DNA of 64,000 nucleotides from a virus (IMGVR_UViG_3300028591_000108:32001-96000); one strand, 5' to 3'; shown: positions 1 through 10,210, numbered from the stretch's first letter. Translations and numbers: made by a program. The notes: generated from the sequence alone by a model not told the origin.

Positions 1-649
1 AATATGCTGCGGCGCCATCCCAATCATAAAATTGAGCCTTTGGATGGTCAATTTTTTGGAAATGAAGCTGCGGCTTATACACATCTTTCAAATAGTATTG
101 CGTTCTTTTCATATCAATTAGGTTATGCTTTAGGCGGTAAAGACGATAATCATCCTCAAAGAGAGGAAAGTTTTCATCCGGCGGCAATTTGCCCTATAAA
201 ATATGAATCCATTTATCAAAGTGATCAAGGCGTTCCCATAGTTCTACCATGCCTGGAATGTCGGAGTCGCCGGGGTCAATAAGTTCACCAGTTTTTTTAT
301 CATATTTTGGACGCCTAATAATTGGGGTAGATTTTTTATATACGTCGCGCTTGTACGCACTTCTAAATTCTTGTTCGTCGGTTGCTGGATTTTCCAACAT
401 CTCATCAAGCGATACCACATAGTCATCGGAAGTTTTAAAGGAATTATAGCGTTTGGAGTTGTCATAGACTTCGCCTCGGCGCAAAGAGGAAAGTCCGTTT
501 TCATCTTTACCGTATAGAATGTAGGTGGCCATTTGCTCTATATCGGTTTCAGATGGGTCGTGATCCAAAGTATCTAAAATTCCTTCAACTAACTTTAGAC
601 GATCAGTGTCTCTTTCAATGGTGTAATCTAATGAATATGGTTTCTTCAT
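1..649 (-). CDS. Hypothetical phage protein, TAG read-through, runs off the left edge
   Basis: ORF 194..649 continues in frame past TAG (HIL*GKLPPDENF...RLYRLKHNLIDMKRTQYYLKDVYKP) to the window edge; RBS AGGAGG upstream. Confidence 0.75.
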
Positions 650-1233
650 TTCATTTCAACACCTCCTTTGCTTTTATTTTATCATATGGGATTGTGGTTT
701 GTCAAGTGTTTGACTTTAATAATTTGGGTTTAATTTTGAAAGGGTTGGTGGAAAATGTGGAGGGCCCGGTTTGTTACAAAATTGTTACAAAAGTATTTCC
801 CGAATGATACCGCCCCGTGGCTAAAATGTTACAAAAGTTTATTTTTAATTCGTTTTTTTGTAAAAAAAAACATACAGGCAAGATTTTGTCAATTCTGGAA
901 AATTTCAAAACCAATTTTGACAAAAAATCATTTCTTTTTCCATGATTTCGGCTTTTTTGTCGGATCTGGCGAATATCTTCCCAAAATTGACTATTTACAA
1001 TAGAATGTTTTTATGTATAATAGGCACTGTCAGGAACGAGCAGTCACGCATCCGGCGGACCGAAACTGACAGACGGGAAACGTCCTACCGCGAGACGTGA
1101 AAAACGGGTAGTCTGAAATAAACAGACGAAAAGCAAAAAGTGAAAAGGCGGAGAGGGAAGGCGGCAAATTGCCTCAATAGACAACCGAACCCCTAAAGCC
1201 ACAAGCTGGACAAAATGAAAGGAGAACGAAACC

Positions 1234-1869
1234 ATGAAGAAGATTGATATCACCCCCAAGTCCAAGGTCGGAGCCCAGAAATTCAGCGCCGCCCATGACG
1301 CCTTTTTCCTCAAGCTCGAGCTTGCGCTCGAGAAGGGCTCCACCGGAGCGTACGGAGATTATCTGGACGCCATCGTTCGCCACCTGTGGAAGAAGTCCGG
1401 CATTGACGCTGATGACTTTCGTGTCCACAACAAGGGCGAGCTGGACGCCATGAGCCGGTCAAACGGCGGACTGGAGATCAAGACTGGGAACGGAATCCTT
1501 GGCTACACTCGGACGGAGACCATCAGCCCTGATTATTGCAAGCTGGCGAAGTATGTTGCCTATTGTGCGAAGCCTCAGGAGCTGGCCAGCGTGGACGATG
1601 TACTTGATTATGTGCTTATCTTTACCAGAGCGGAGTTTATTGACTTCGTCGGCACCTGCGGATTGAAGCGCAAGGCTGGCAACTTTTCCAGTGGTTGCAA
1701 GCTGGGAGTGAACAGCAAGGAGCTCAGGGAGCTGAATAAGGGCTTGCCCAGAGGCGCCAAGCTCCATGATTGCATCATGCTTCAGCCTGCGTACCTTGAG
1801 GCTCGCTGGACGGCCAGCCTGAATGGCGAGTATACCACCCTGCGGACGTTCCTTGAAGAGCATCAGTAA
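1234..1869 (+). CDS. Putative PD-(D/E)XK nuclease-fold protein
   Basis: GELDA...LEIKTG motif; RBS AAAGGAG; GC-rich codon usage; hairpin GGGAGGGGC-GAAA-GCCCCTCCC follows. Confidence 0.5.
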   Translation: MKKIDITPKSKVGAQKFSAAHDAFFLKLELALEKGSTGAYGDYLDAIVRHLWKKSGIDADDFRVHNKGELDAMSRSNGGLEIKTGNGILGYTRTETISPDYCKLAKYVAYCAKPQELASVDDVLDYVLIFTRAEFIDFVGTCGLKRKAGNFSSGCKLGVNSKELRELNKGLPRGAKLHDCIMLQPAYLEARWTASLNGEYTTLRTFLEEHQ

Positions 1870-1924
1870 GAGAGAAGGGGAGGGGCGAAAGCCCCTCCCT
1901 TGCAAAAAGAAAGGAGAAAAAGCA

Positions 1925-2098
1925 ATGAAATGGTATCAGAATTGGTTCTTCATCAAGGATGAGGGCCGCTGGCATGAGCAAGTGAATTGTACTTGCTACA
2001 GTACCGAAGAAGAAGCCCGGCAGGCCGCCGAGAACGTGATTGCGGAAGCCAGGCGCGAGGGAAAAGATATCCGGTATTGGAAAACGACGAGGACGTGA
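1925..2098 (+). CDS. Small hypothetical protein
   Basis: RBS AAAGGAG, MKWYQNWFF...; downstream hairpin 2101-2120. Confidence 0.65.
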   Translation: MKWYQNWFFIKDEGRWHEQVNCTCYSTEEEARQAAENVIAEARREGKDIRYWKTTRT

Positions 2099-2143
2099 CC
2101 GGGAGGGCGAAAGCCCTCCCCTTATTATGAAAGGAGCGAAAGT

Positions 2144-2296
2144 ATGAAATATATCATTGAGGCCCTGCTGACTGATGACGAAGGACAGACCGTAACTGTC
2201 CATGAGGAATTCGATGATCGGAACAAGGCAGATCGCCGATATACCCAGTTAGCACTAAACTATGATGAACCTATCAGCTGGAAAGAGATTAAATAA
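2144..2296 (+). CDS. Small hypothetical protein (50 aa)
   Basis: RBS AAAGGAG, MKYIIEALLTDDEG...; not in ORF track. Confidence 0.6.
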   Translation: MKYIIEALLTDDEGQTVTVHEEFDDRNKADRRYTQLALNYDEPISWKEIK

Positions 2297-2314
2297 GAAA
2301 GGAAGATAGTTAAC

Positions 2315-2482
2315 ATGTTTAAGTATTCTGTTGAGTTTGGCCGTCTTGAGTATCTGTCTCGCCGCGAGTACATGTGCGGAGACTGGGAATATATCGCAAG
2401 CGAAGAGCTTGACGATGACGGCGTTCTTTACGATATTGTCCGCTCTGTGGATAATACCGACTGGCGGTATACTCAGATCTGA
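2315..2482 (+). CDS. Small hypothetical protein
   Basis: RBS AAAGGAAG, MFKYSVEFGRLEY...; terminator GAGGGGGC-AGCA-GCCCCTC + T-run follows. Confidence 0.6.
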   Translation: MFKYSVEFGRLEYLSRREYMCGDWEYIASEELDDDGVLYDIVRSVDNTDWRYTQI

Positions 2483-2717
2483 ATAGGAGGGGGCAGCAGC
2501 CCCTCTTTTTTTTATTGCTTCTGTTAGCCATAGCTAACTACTTTAGCAAGCTAAAGATGTCTAATCTGGTTACTTCCGTACTTTAGCGCACTAAAGCCAT
2601 ACCAGATACGACAATGTACGATCTGGTATTTTTTAGATGTATTACATCTAATTGTGAGGATTGACACACTTTGTGTTTTATGGTATAATGTAGAAAATGG
2701 TAAAGGGGGTTTTACTC

Positions 2718-2900
2718 ATGTGGGTTATTGGCGCGGGCATTATGGTAGGTGGGCTGTTAGCTATGCCATTAGTAGGCATTATCCCAGGGCTGGCTATTAT
2801 AGCAGCTGGAGCTGCATTAGCTGAGCTGGCAAACTATGCAGCTGAGCAAGCTGAAAGACGTAAGAAAGCTCCAACCGAATACCCAAGCTACAAGTACTAA
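2718..2900 (+). CDS. Small membrane protein
   Basis: Hydrophobic N-terminal half; cassette promoter and terminator. Confidence 0.7.
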   Translation: MWVIGAGIMVGGLLAMPLVGIIPGLAIIAAGAALAELANYAAEQAERRKKAPTEYPSYKY

Positions 2901-2950
2901 GCGCTTCGGCGCTTATCTTTTTTTAGATGTAATACATCTAAAAAGATGTG

Positions 2951-2979
2951 TTGACAAAAGAGGGTTCTTATATTATACT
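2951..2979 (+). promoter_or_regulatory. Representative sigmaA/sigma70-type cassette promoter
   Basis: TTGACA-17bp-TATACT, 9 bp after the palindrome at 2923; same layout at nearly every cassette (e.g. 3545, 4032, 7092, 8618, 18041). Confidence 0.85.
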
Positions 2980-3008
2980 TATACCATCAAATGAAGGAGG
3001 TCACCACC

Positions 3009-3221
3009 ATGAAGTACTTACTGATGAGCGAATATGAGACAATGAAGGTTTATGAACTGGACAACGTGATTTACAAGAAAATCGAGTACAAGTTTGTCAA
3101 GCTGACAGGTAGCGAGCTGATAGCACAAAAGCTGATGCTCAAGTTTGGCTCTCTCACTGTTCAACAGTTGAGCTGTAATTCTCAAGTCAATATCTTTGAT
3201 TGTTTTGAGATTCTCGGATAA
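3009..3221 (+). CDS. Hypothetical cassette protein
   Basis: RBS AAGGAGG; stop inside terminator hairpin. Confidence 0.75.
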   Translation: MKYLLMSEYETMKVYELDNVIYKKIEYKFVKLTGSELIAQKLMLKFGSLTVQQLSCNSQVNIFDCFEILG

Positions 3222-3354
3222 CCCGAGAATCTTTTCTTTATGGGTTTAGATGTAATACATCTAAAATCAGGGTTTGACAGATATGATATTCTATGATATA
3301 CTTATACCATCAAAGAGGGAAGGAAACCCACCAAACCAGAAAGGAAGGAAAAAC

Positions 3355-3492
3355 ATGAAGACCGTAGATATTATGAAGTGGGGCAAGGGATATTATGTGA
3401 CCATGCGCATTGGATGCAATGTCCAGCGTGAGTGGTGCAAGACAAAGAAGGCCGCCGAAACTCTCATGAAAAAGTGGCAGAAAGGGGAGTGA
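3355..3492 (+). CDS. Hypothetical cassette protein
   Basis: RBS; stop inside AAAGGGGA-GTGA-TCCCCTTT hairpin. Confidence 0.7.
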   Translation: MKTVDIMKWGKGYYVTMRIGCNVQREWCKTKKAAETLMKKWQKGE

Positions 3493-3617
3493 TCCCCTTT
3501 CTTTTATTATACCAGTTTAGATGTAATACATCTAAATATATAGATTGACATATATAGGCATATAATGTATACTACACTTGTCCGAAGGGACAATACAGAA
3601 AGAAAGAGGTAAGTACC

Positions 3618-3986
3618 ATGAAAAACAGCACTCTGATTAAACTCGTTACCGTCACTTGCGCTTGTATCCTTGCGCTCTTTGCGTGCTTTCCTGCGGAAGC
3701 CGAGCGAGCAGCCGCACAGGAAAAAGCCGAACTTGATCATGGCGAGATGTATCCAAAACTTACAGTAGTAATTGAATCAATCAAGATGGATGATCTATGG
3801 CTTATCTCGTGCCGTGACAGAGAAGGCAATGTGTGGACTTTTTGGGATGATGAAGATACTTGGGCCTACGGCGATATAGCCAATCTTCTGATGTGGGATC
3901 TTGAAGAAGAGGAAATTATTGAGGTATATTGGGAAGGATATACAGAGAATGTAGAGTTATTCTTCCAAACTATGGGATGGCGCTAA
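3618..3986 (+). CDS. Hypothetical secreted/membrane-anchored protein
   Basis: Signal-peptide-like N-terminus; RBS GAGGT. Confidence 0.75.
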   Translation: MKNSTLIKLVTVTCACILALFACFPAEAERAAAQEKAELDHGEMYPKLTVVIESIKMDDLWLISCRDREGNVWTFWDDEDTWAYGDIANLLMWDLEEEEIIEVYWEGYTENVELFFQTMGWR

Positions 3987-4103
3987 CGCGCCTTCCTACT
4001 TATTTAGATGTAATACATCTAAAAACAAGCATTGACATATAGATAAAAGTGAGTATAATTATACTTGTCCAAAGGGACAAAGAAAAGAAAGGGGAATTTC
4101 AAA

Positions 4104-4271
4104 ATGAAAACCTATTACTGGATGCACAAAGAATATGGTCACCTTGTTCCCGAAACCGATCTGTATAAGGATGCCGAAGAATTAGGTTATGATGATGTAA
4201 CTGACCCTTGTTCCGTAGAATACGGTAATTTCAATTTGTATTATGAAAAAACCAACATGACGGTCGAATGA
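4104..4271 (+). CDS. Hypothetical cassette protein
   Basis: RBS AAAGGGG; promoter/terminator context. Confidence 0.7.
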   Translation: MKTYYWMHKEYGHLVPETDLYKDAEELGYDDVTDPCSVEYGNFNLYYEKTNMTVE

Positions 4272-4391
4272 CCGTCATTTCCCCAAATTAGATGTAATAC
4301 ATCTAATAACAGGGATTGCAATTTCATTCTCTTTTTGATATACTAACATCATGAAAAAGGGATTGAAAAAAAATCCCGAATTGAGAGGAGA

Positions 4392-4619
4392 ATGGTCATG
4401 ATACTGTTTGAAGAAAAAATGTTGGATGCAAATAAGATTTTCTCCGCCGAAATTATTGATCATTTCAATTCAAAAAAAGTCTATTATAATTCTATTCTAA
4501 TGATTCATTTTCTTCCCGAAATGAAAATACCACATATAGACTTTGATTATAAAACTCACGAAGAAGCACTTTCAAAATTAAATCAACTTGTAACTTTGAT
4601 CAATTTACAGAGAAAATGA
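4392..4619 (+). CDS. Hypothetical cassette protein
   Basis: RBS GAGGAG; context. Confidence 0.65.
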   Translation: MVMILFEEKMLDANKIFSAEIIDHFNSKKVYYNSILMIHFLPEMKIPHIDFDYKTHEEALSKLNQLVTLINLQRK

Positions 4620-4767
4620 ATCCCATAACGGCATTGATAATGCCGTTATTTCATTTCCAATTCTTAGATGTAATACATCTAATTATCGCACTTGCACTGT
4701 TCCCATATCTACGATATAATATACTTGTCCGAAGGGGGACAATTTGAAAATGAAAAGGAGAAAAACA

Positions 4768-4950
4768 ATGAAAATCATCTTAAAGTATCAGGCTCCCGAA
4801 ACCAAGATTGAAGGATACAAGTTTTCCGCTGTTTACGATGAGACTGAGATTGACGAGGCTCTCTCCGAATTACAGGCCGCGCGCAAGTATGGATATGAAA
4901 TTACTTGTTGGACATTAGTTCATAATGAGGACGTTGAAAACGTCCTCTAA
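4768..4950 (+). CDS. Hypothetical cassette protein
   Basis: RBS AAGGAG; context. Confidence 0.7.
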   Translation: MKIILKYQAPETKIEGYKFSAVYDETEIDEALSELQAARKYGYEITCWTLVHNEDVENVL

Positions 4951-5068
4951 TTTTATTTCCAATTCTTAGATGTAATACATCTAATTTACTCTCTTGACTT
5001 TTCCCAAAAGTTCCTTTATAATCGGGTTGTACCCGATGAGGTACCGAAGAGAAAAGGAGGAAACAAAA

Positions 5069-5215
5069 ATGAAGTATCGTATTAGGAGCATCCAGTGGCC
5101 GTTAATGATTATTGAAGATGGTTTTTCTTCCGAACAGGCCGCCGCGAGTTGGGCCGAAGATAATATGTATCTTGGTGGCATTTGGTCCGGCGGTTGGATT
5201 ATTGAAAGTTATTAA
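5069..5215 (+). CDS. Hypothetical cassette protein
   Basis: RBS AAGGAGG; context. Confidence 0.7.
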   Translation: MKYRIRSIQWPLMIIEDGFSSEQAAASWAEDNMYLGGIWSGGWIIESY

Positions 5216-5340
5216 TTATAACGGCCTTCGGGCCGTTATAATTTTATTCTCGTTTTTAGATGTAATACATCTAAAAAAATCTCTTGCAACTATCCCATTT
5301 CTATGCTATACTTGTACCATCAAAGAAGGAGGTAACACCA

Positions 5341-5649
5341 ATGATTAACATTCGGACAATTCGGAAACTGCAGGAAAATGACGGGCTGACTTTGAAGGCG
5401 GGGCGTATCATTACTCATAAGACCGGCTATCAGGTAGCAGATTATGGGTATGAGCTGAAAACAGCTGAAGAAGCTATTCGCTGTGTCCGTGAGCTGAAAG
5501 GTAATTGCGGCATTTGGTACAGCGAAGGAATTTACTATATTGATCATTCCTTCCGCATCAGCACAAAAAAAGAAGCGCTTCGTATTGGGCGCGAGCACAA
5601 TCAAATTTCAATCTTAAAATGGAAAGATATGTCTCTTGTCTACTGCTAA
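5341..5649 (+). CDS. Hypothetical cassette protein
   Basis: RBS AGGAGGT; context. Confidence 0.8.
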   Translation: MINIRTIRKLQENDGLTLKAGRIITHKTGYQVADYGYELKTAEEAIRCVRELKGNCGIWYSEGIYYIDHSFRISTKKEALRIGREHNQISILKWKDMSLVYC

Positions 5650-5793
5650 AGTTGTGGCCCGAAATCGGGCCACAATTTCATTTTATTTCTTTTAGATGTA
5701 ATACATCTAATAATTGCTATTGCATTTTCCTTAAAGATATGCTATTATATACTTGTCCGAAGGGACAAGAAAAAAAGAAAAGAGGTAACTATC

Positions 5794-5946
5794 ATGGAGA
5801 CTATTTCTTATACACTCGAACGGCGCGATACCCTTAACTTTCACGGGTGGATTGTACTTGAATGTTGTGACAGCTGGGAAGATGAAATATTTTCTTCCAC
5901 TTCTCTTGAAGAGGCCCGGGCATTTCTTAATGATTTGATCGCGTAA
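5794..5946 (+). CDS. Hypothetical cassette protein (50 aa)
   Basis: RBS GAGGT; stop in TGATCGC-GTAA-GCGATCA hairpin. Confidence 0.65.
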   Translation: METISYTLERRDTLNFHGWIVLECCDSWEDEIFSSTSLEEARAFLNDLIA

Positions 5947-6071
5947 GCGATCATTTCATTATCAGTTTTTAGATGTAATACATCTAATAATACCTCTTGC
6001 ATTATTCCCGAAAGTATGATAATATACAATTGTTCCAAGGGGAACGATAAAAGAAAGAGAGGTAAACAGAA

Positions 6072-6347
6072 ATGAAGGTTCGGAAAATCAATGGTCATGA
6101 GTTCGCACAGGTGAAGGTTTATGAGTACGACAATGGCGCCAAGACGCTTGTAAGCTACGCCACCGCCGTGATTGGGATCAATCCGGAAGGCTGGCTTGAG
6201 GTGAGCGGGCTGTACAGCCGCACCACCATTAAGCATATCGGCTGGTTCATGCGCGAGCTGGGCTTCTCATATCAGCTGGCCAAACAGCTGTACATGGATA
6301 ACAAGCGGTTTAATATCTATACCGGTGAAATTGAGGATCGGGGCTAA
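6072..6347 (+). CDS. Hypothetical phage protein
   Basis: LVSYAT...YSRTTIKHI motif typical of small phage early proteins. Confidence 0.8.
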   Translation: MKVRKINGHEFAQVKVYEYDNGAKTLVSYATAVIGINPEGWLEVSGLYSRTTIKHIGWFMRELGFSYQLAKQLYMDNKRFNIYTGEIEDRG

Positions 6348-6466
6348 GCCCCGATTTTCTTTTATTCAAATAAATTAGATGTATTACATCTAACTTTATT
6401 ATTTGACTTCAAAACAAACTTGTGCTATTATATAACCATCCCAAGAGGATGAAAGGAGTAATAAAG

Positions 6467-6688
6467 ATGGAAGATTATTACAAGGTAGAATGGGAAACCT
6501 ATAATCCGTTTCTTGATGACGGCATCAGCATCGGCGCAGATATCCATAGCGAAATTATTATCTATGGTTTAGAACGAGCAAAAAGACTTTTTATCGAAAA
6601 GATAAAAGATGATTCTTGTCACGCTTGCTTTGTGACTCTTATCAATGATACCGAAGAAAACGGGCCGATTCTGTGCTATTGCCCGTAA
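6467..6688 (+). CDS. Hypothetical cassette protein
   Basis: RBS AAAGGAG; context. Confidence 0.7.
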   Translation: MEDYYKVEWETYNPFLDDGISIGADIHSEIIIYGLERAKRLFIEKIKDDSCHACFVTLINDTEENGPILCYCP

Positions 6689-6802
6689 GGGCAATTTTCT
6701 ATTTTAGATGTAATACATCTAAAACTATCTCTTGACTTCTATAAGAAAAATGATATAATGATATTGTCCTCAGAGAGAGGAACAAGAAAGGAAATTGAAA
6801 TC

Positions 6803-7042
6803 ATGTATCTGTTCTATGCTGATCGTCTCGGGTGGATTCCTATGGGAAATGATGGACAGCTTGTCGTGCCGAAGTCTATTCGTTCTCGCCGTGCCCTTCT
6901 CAAGCTGGCGGAAAGCTGGCTGGGCAATAGAGCTGGACGAGTATACCTTATGACCAGCTGGACTCAGGCTATGAGTGAACTTGGCCCGCGTGCTTTTGAA
7001 GAGTACATTATGCGCAATGCCGAAGTCCTTATCAGCAGATAA
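6803..7042 (+). CDS. Hypothetical cassette protein
   Basis: RBS AAAGGA; context. Confidence 0.7.
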   Translation: MYLFYADRLGWIPMGNDGQLVVPKSIRSRRALLKLAESWLGNRAGRVYLMTSWTQAMSELGPRAFEEYIMRNAEVLISR

Positions 7043-7159
7043 GGACTTCCCCTTTATGGGAACTTAGATGTAATACATCTAATAATGGGTATTGACAATC
7101 ATATACAAGTCTGTTATACTATAATCACTCCAAAGGGAGAAGAAAGGAAGGTAACTAAC

Positions 7160-7396
7160 ATGAAGTTCATGAGAATCGTTGTGACCACCTATACCGAAGA
7201 TCCTGCGTATACCAGCGCCGTTTTGTTCTATGATGATGACAAAGCTGACGTTCATCTGCACCTGCATCTGTCCTACGAAGAAGGGATGCGCGAGCTGCAT
7301 AAGCTCGAACAGAAGCTCGGCAAGCAGGCGGAGCGCACCATTAACCGCTTCAACAGCTCAATCATTGATGATGAAGTGTATGGTATCATCGAGTAG
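7160..7396 (+). CDS. Hypothetical cassette protein ending in TAG
   Basis: TAG lies within terminator GAGTAGGC-GAAA-GCCTACTC. Confidence 0.75.
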   Translation: MKFMRIVVTTYTEDPAYTSAVLFYDDDKADVHLHLHLSYEEGMRELHKLEQKLGKQAERTINRFNSSIIDDEVYGIIE

Positions 7397-7523
7397 GCGA
7401 AAGCCTACTCTACTATTATTAGATGTAATACATCTAAAACAAACTGTTGACTTCTTCTCTTCTTTATGCTATCATATAATTGTTCCAAGGGGAACGAAAT
7501 AAATATGAAAGAGGGACACGAAC

Positions 7524-7763
7524 ATGACAATGACAATCGAAAAGAAACTGAGAGACTTTCACTTCTGGAGCGGAGCCGCCGCCAATGCCGCCAAGCTGAC
7601 TCCGGAAGAGCTCGATCAAGCTGAAGAATATATGGAAACTCTTCCCTTCAGCGACGAAGAGCACTGGAGCACTACCGAAGTCAATGATATTTTCTGGTTT
7701 GACTTTGAAAGCGTATGCGAATGGCTGGGCCTGGACTATGAGGAAGTAATGGCGAGGGAGTAA
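7524..7763 (+). CDS. Hypothetical phage protein
   Basis: FHFWSGA...TEVNDIFWFD motif; context. Confidence 0.8.
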   Translation: MTMTIEKKLRDFHFWSGAAANAAKLTPEELDQAEEYMETLPFSDEEHWSTTEVNDIFWFDFESVCEWLGLDYEEVMARE

Positions 7764-7883
7764 TCCCTCGCTTATTTTCATTTTGTACATTTAGATGTAA
7801 TACATCTAAGTTTATGGTTTGACATTCTCCTTAAACTATGTTATTATATACTTGTCCAAAGGGGACAGAAAGGCGGTAAGCAT

Positions 7884-8105
7884 ATGATTAAGATTACTAA
7901 GGGCATGGCACGGAAACTGTACAACCACGGCGAAGAAGTTATGATTATCCCTAACCGCATCCGACCCAATTCTGCGCTTGCAAGCTGGACTCGCAAGCCC
8001 GAGCAGGAAGAAGGAGACTTTGATAAGCTGTGCAATGCTATCTTCTATTATAACTGCTCGCCCGAAACCGGTATGAACCTTACCTATTATGCGAAGGAAG
8101 TTTAA
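7884..8105 (+). CDS. Hypothetical cassette protein
   Basis: RBS; context. Confidence 0.75.
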   Translation: MIKITKGMARKLYNHGEEVMIIPNRIRPNSALASWTRKPEQEEGDFDKLCNAIFYYNCSPETGMNLTYYAKEV

Positions 8106-8244
8106 AGTAAATAATAATGAAGTTACGCCTGATGAATAGGCGTAATTTCGTTTCCCATATTAGATGTAATACATCTAATAACATCCGTTGACTTCTCTCC
8201 CGTAATATGATATACTTACATCATCAAAAAGGAGGTGCGAAGCA

Positions 8245-8568
8245 ATGGAAATGACTTATCATGTGGCGGTTCAGAGGGCAGATAGAGTAAAGCATATCAC
8301 GGAAGAAATTGGTCTGGGGCAAATTATCAAAGAAAAATATACTCACTTCAATCTTGGCCAAGCTGGGCGCTGGGTTTGCATTACTGATACTGGTATTACC
8401 ATTATAAAGGATGAACCCAAAGAAAAAATTATTACTATGTATGTAACCACGCAGAGAGAGCTGGTGCTTGTATACGGCGGAGCAAAAAACGTGCCGGCTT
8501 TCCTGCGGAAAAAAGTGGATAAAAATCAGTCTAAGTATACGCAAGCTGGGAAAACCATTTGGCGCTAA
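8245..8568 (+). CDS. Hypothetical cassette protein
   Basis: RBS AAGGAGGT; context. Confidence 0.8.
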   Translation: MEMTYHVAVQRADRVKHITEEIGLGQIIKEKYTHFNLGQAGRWVCITDTGITIIKDEPKEKIITMYVTTQRELVLVYGGAKNVPAFLRKKVDKNQSKYTQAGKTIWR

Positions 8569-8669
8569 GCGCCAATTTGGTTTTCGGATTTAGATGTAAT
8601 ACATCTAAAATCCCATATTGACTTTTCTCCCATAATGAGTATAATTAACAGTGTCAGGAGGGATGAGAA

Positions 8670-8825
8670 ATGGAACGAGCAAGGTACAAGAAACTCGATG
8701 AACTCGCCGCTTGGGACTTGAACAAAGGTTGCCGCAAGTGGATTGACCAAAGCACACCCGCCAGACGGAGATTGAAAAAACGCTTGCGGAAGCAAGCACG
8801 GGCAAGACTGAAAGGAGAATGGTAA
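8670..8825 (+). CDS. Small basic hypothetical protein
   Basis: RBS AGGAGG; TAATG coupling to next gene. Confidence 0.6.
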   Translation: MERARYKKLDELAAWDLNKGCRKWIDQSTPARRRLKKRLRKQARARLKGEW

Positions 8826-9055
8826 TGAGAAATGCAAAAGAAGGAACTTATAACGGAGAGCCTACATTCTGCACGGTAAATGCTTATGGTGATTGTCCTT
8901 ACTGCGATCAGTGCGGCATCTGTCATATTGATGACCCGATGGAAGATTGCGAAGACTTCGCAATGTTCTTCCAAGGAGATTGGAATTTCTGGCTGAATTT
9001 GAAGGATGTTCCCGATGAAGGAGAAGACGCCGATGAATTTTGGTGGGATTATTAA
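8825..9055 (+). CDS. Cys-rich acidic hypothetical protein
   Basis: CPYC..C.IC motif; RBS AAAGGAG. Confidence 0.7.
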   Translation: MRNAKEGTYNGEPTFCTVNAYGDCPYCDQCGICHIDDPMEDCEDFAMFFQGDWNFWLNLKDVPDEGEDADEFWWDY

Positions 9056-9065
9056 GGAGAATAAA

Positions 9066-9335
9066 ATGGCGACTAAAATTTATATTATTACTCTTGAAGG
9101 CGAACCACAAGTTGCCTATACTGATTTCAATAAGGTTAAAGACGAAATTTTCAAATGGTTAGATGAACTCCGTAATGGTTGGTACGTTCGTAAAGAATTT
9201 AACTATTGGGTTGAAGGAAGAGATTATCCCAACACCGAAGAGGGCGAAGAGCAGGCATGGGAAGATTATAAAAATGAAGTAGTAGAGAACGGCACATGGG
9301 GCGACTATGCATGGTATGAGTGCTTCCTTAAATAA
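9066..9335 (+). CDS. Hypothetical protein
   Basis: RBS AAGGAG. Confidence 0.75.
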   Translation: MATKIYIITLEGEPQVAYTDFNKVKDEIFKWLDELRNGWYVRKEFNYWVEGRDYPNTEEGEEQAWEDYKNEVVENGTWGDYAWYECFLK

Positions 9336-9429
9336 GGAAGCCTTTCATACTTAGATGTAATACATCTAATTTTATCATTTGACTTTTCTCTAATTTTATT
9401 ATATAATGCCAATGTAAGGAGGGGATAAA

Positions 9430-9606
9430 ATGAGTAAGAAGAAAAACCCGAAACAGAAAACATGGGTTGAAGTATTTCAGTCTGAGCGCAAGGAATTTCC
9501 GCAGGGCTATTGTGTTACTCGCATTATCCCCGACAAGCGCAACAAGAAGCCGAAACATAAGGGAAGGGAATTTGCAGATCATTTAATTGATGTGTGCGGA
9601 GTATAA
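9430..9606 (+). CDS. Small basic hypothetical protein
   Basis: RBS AAGGAGG; MSKKKNPKQKTW... Confidence 0.6.
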   Translation: MSKKKNPKQKTWVEVFQSERKEFPQGYCVTRIIPDKRNKKPKHKGREFADHLIDVCGV

Positions 9607-9620
9607 GGAGGAGAGAAATA

Positions 9621-9755
9621 ATGTGTATTTATTGGTCAATGCTTTATGGCTGTATGCATCCAAAAGGAAAAGAAGAAGAGCCAACCGCTGATTGGACTTG
9701 TGAGGATACTTGCCCTTATTATCAAGATGAAGATGAAGAAGAGCATCCTATTTAA
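9621..9755 (+). CDS. Small Cys-containing hypothetical protein
   Basis: RBS AAGGAGG. Confidence 0.5.
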   Translation: MCIYWSMLYGCMHPKGKEEEPTADWTCEDTCPYYQDEDEEEHPI

Positions 9756-9772
9756 GAGAAGGGGTTTGAAAA

Positions 9773-9949
9773 ATGAATGAAGTAGTATATCATGTGCGTG
9801 ATGGTGAACTGTACATTTGTTTTGATAACATTTCGCAGGCTTTTCGATATGCACGTGCCTGTGGAAGTAAAGAAGTATTCAAGGAAGTCCCAGACCAAGT
9901 TGACTGGTATTATTGGGACTGGGACACTAAAAGGTGGGTGTATCCGTAA
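9773..9949 (+). CDS. Small hypothetical protein
   Basis: RBS AAGGGG; TAATG coupling to next gene. Confidence 0.55.
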   Translation: MNEVVYHVRDGELYICFDNISQAFRYARACGSKEVFKEVPDQVDWYYWDWDTKRWVYP

Positions 9950-10110
9950 TGAAGTATAAATGGGTAATTATGCAGGAACTTGAAGACACCAATTGCGCGA
10001 ATCCTTATTTGATTGTTGATTCAGAGGAGCGCGCCGAGGAACTTTGCTATAAGTTGGAATCCGAAAACCCAGGCTTTATCTTTTGGTCCTATCTTTGCGA
10101 GGAGGAGTAA
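9949..10110 (+). CDS. Small hypothetical protein
   Basis: Stop inside GGAGGA-GTAAT-TCCTCC terminator. Confidence 0.6.
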   Translation: MKYKWVIMQELEDTNCANPYLIVDSEERAEELCYKLESENPGFIFWSYLCEEE

Positions 10111-10210
10111 TTCCTCCTTTAGTTATTAGATGTAATACATCTAAAACCAAGACTTGCTTTTTCTTCCCGAATATGTTATTATACTCTTGCCGGAAGGGTA
10201 GAAAGGAGAA

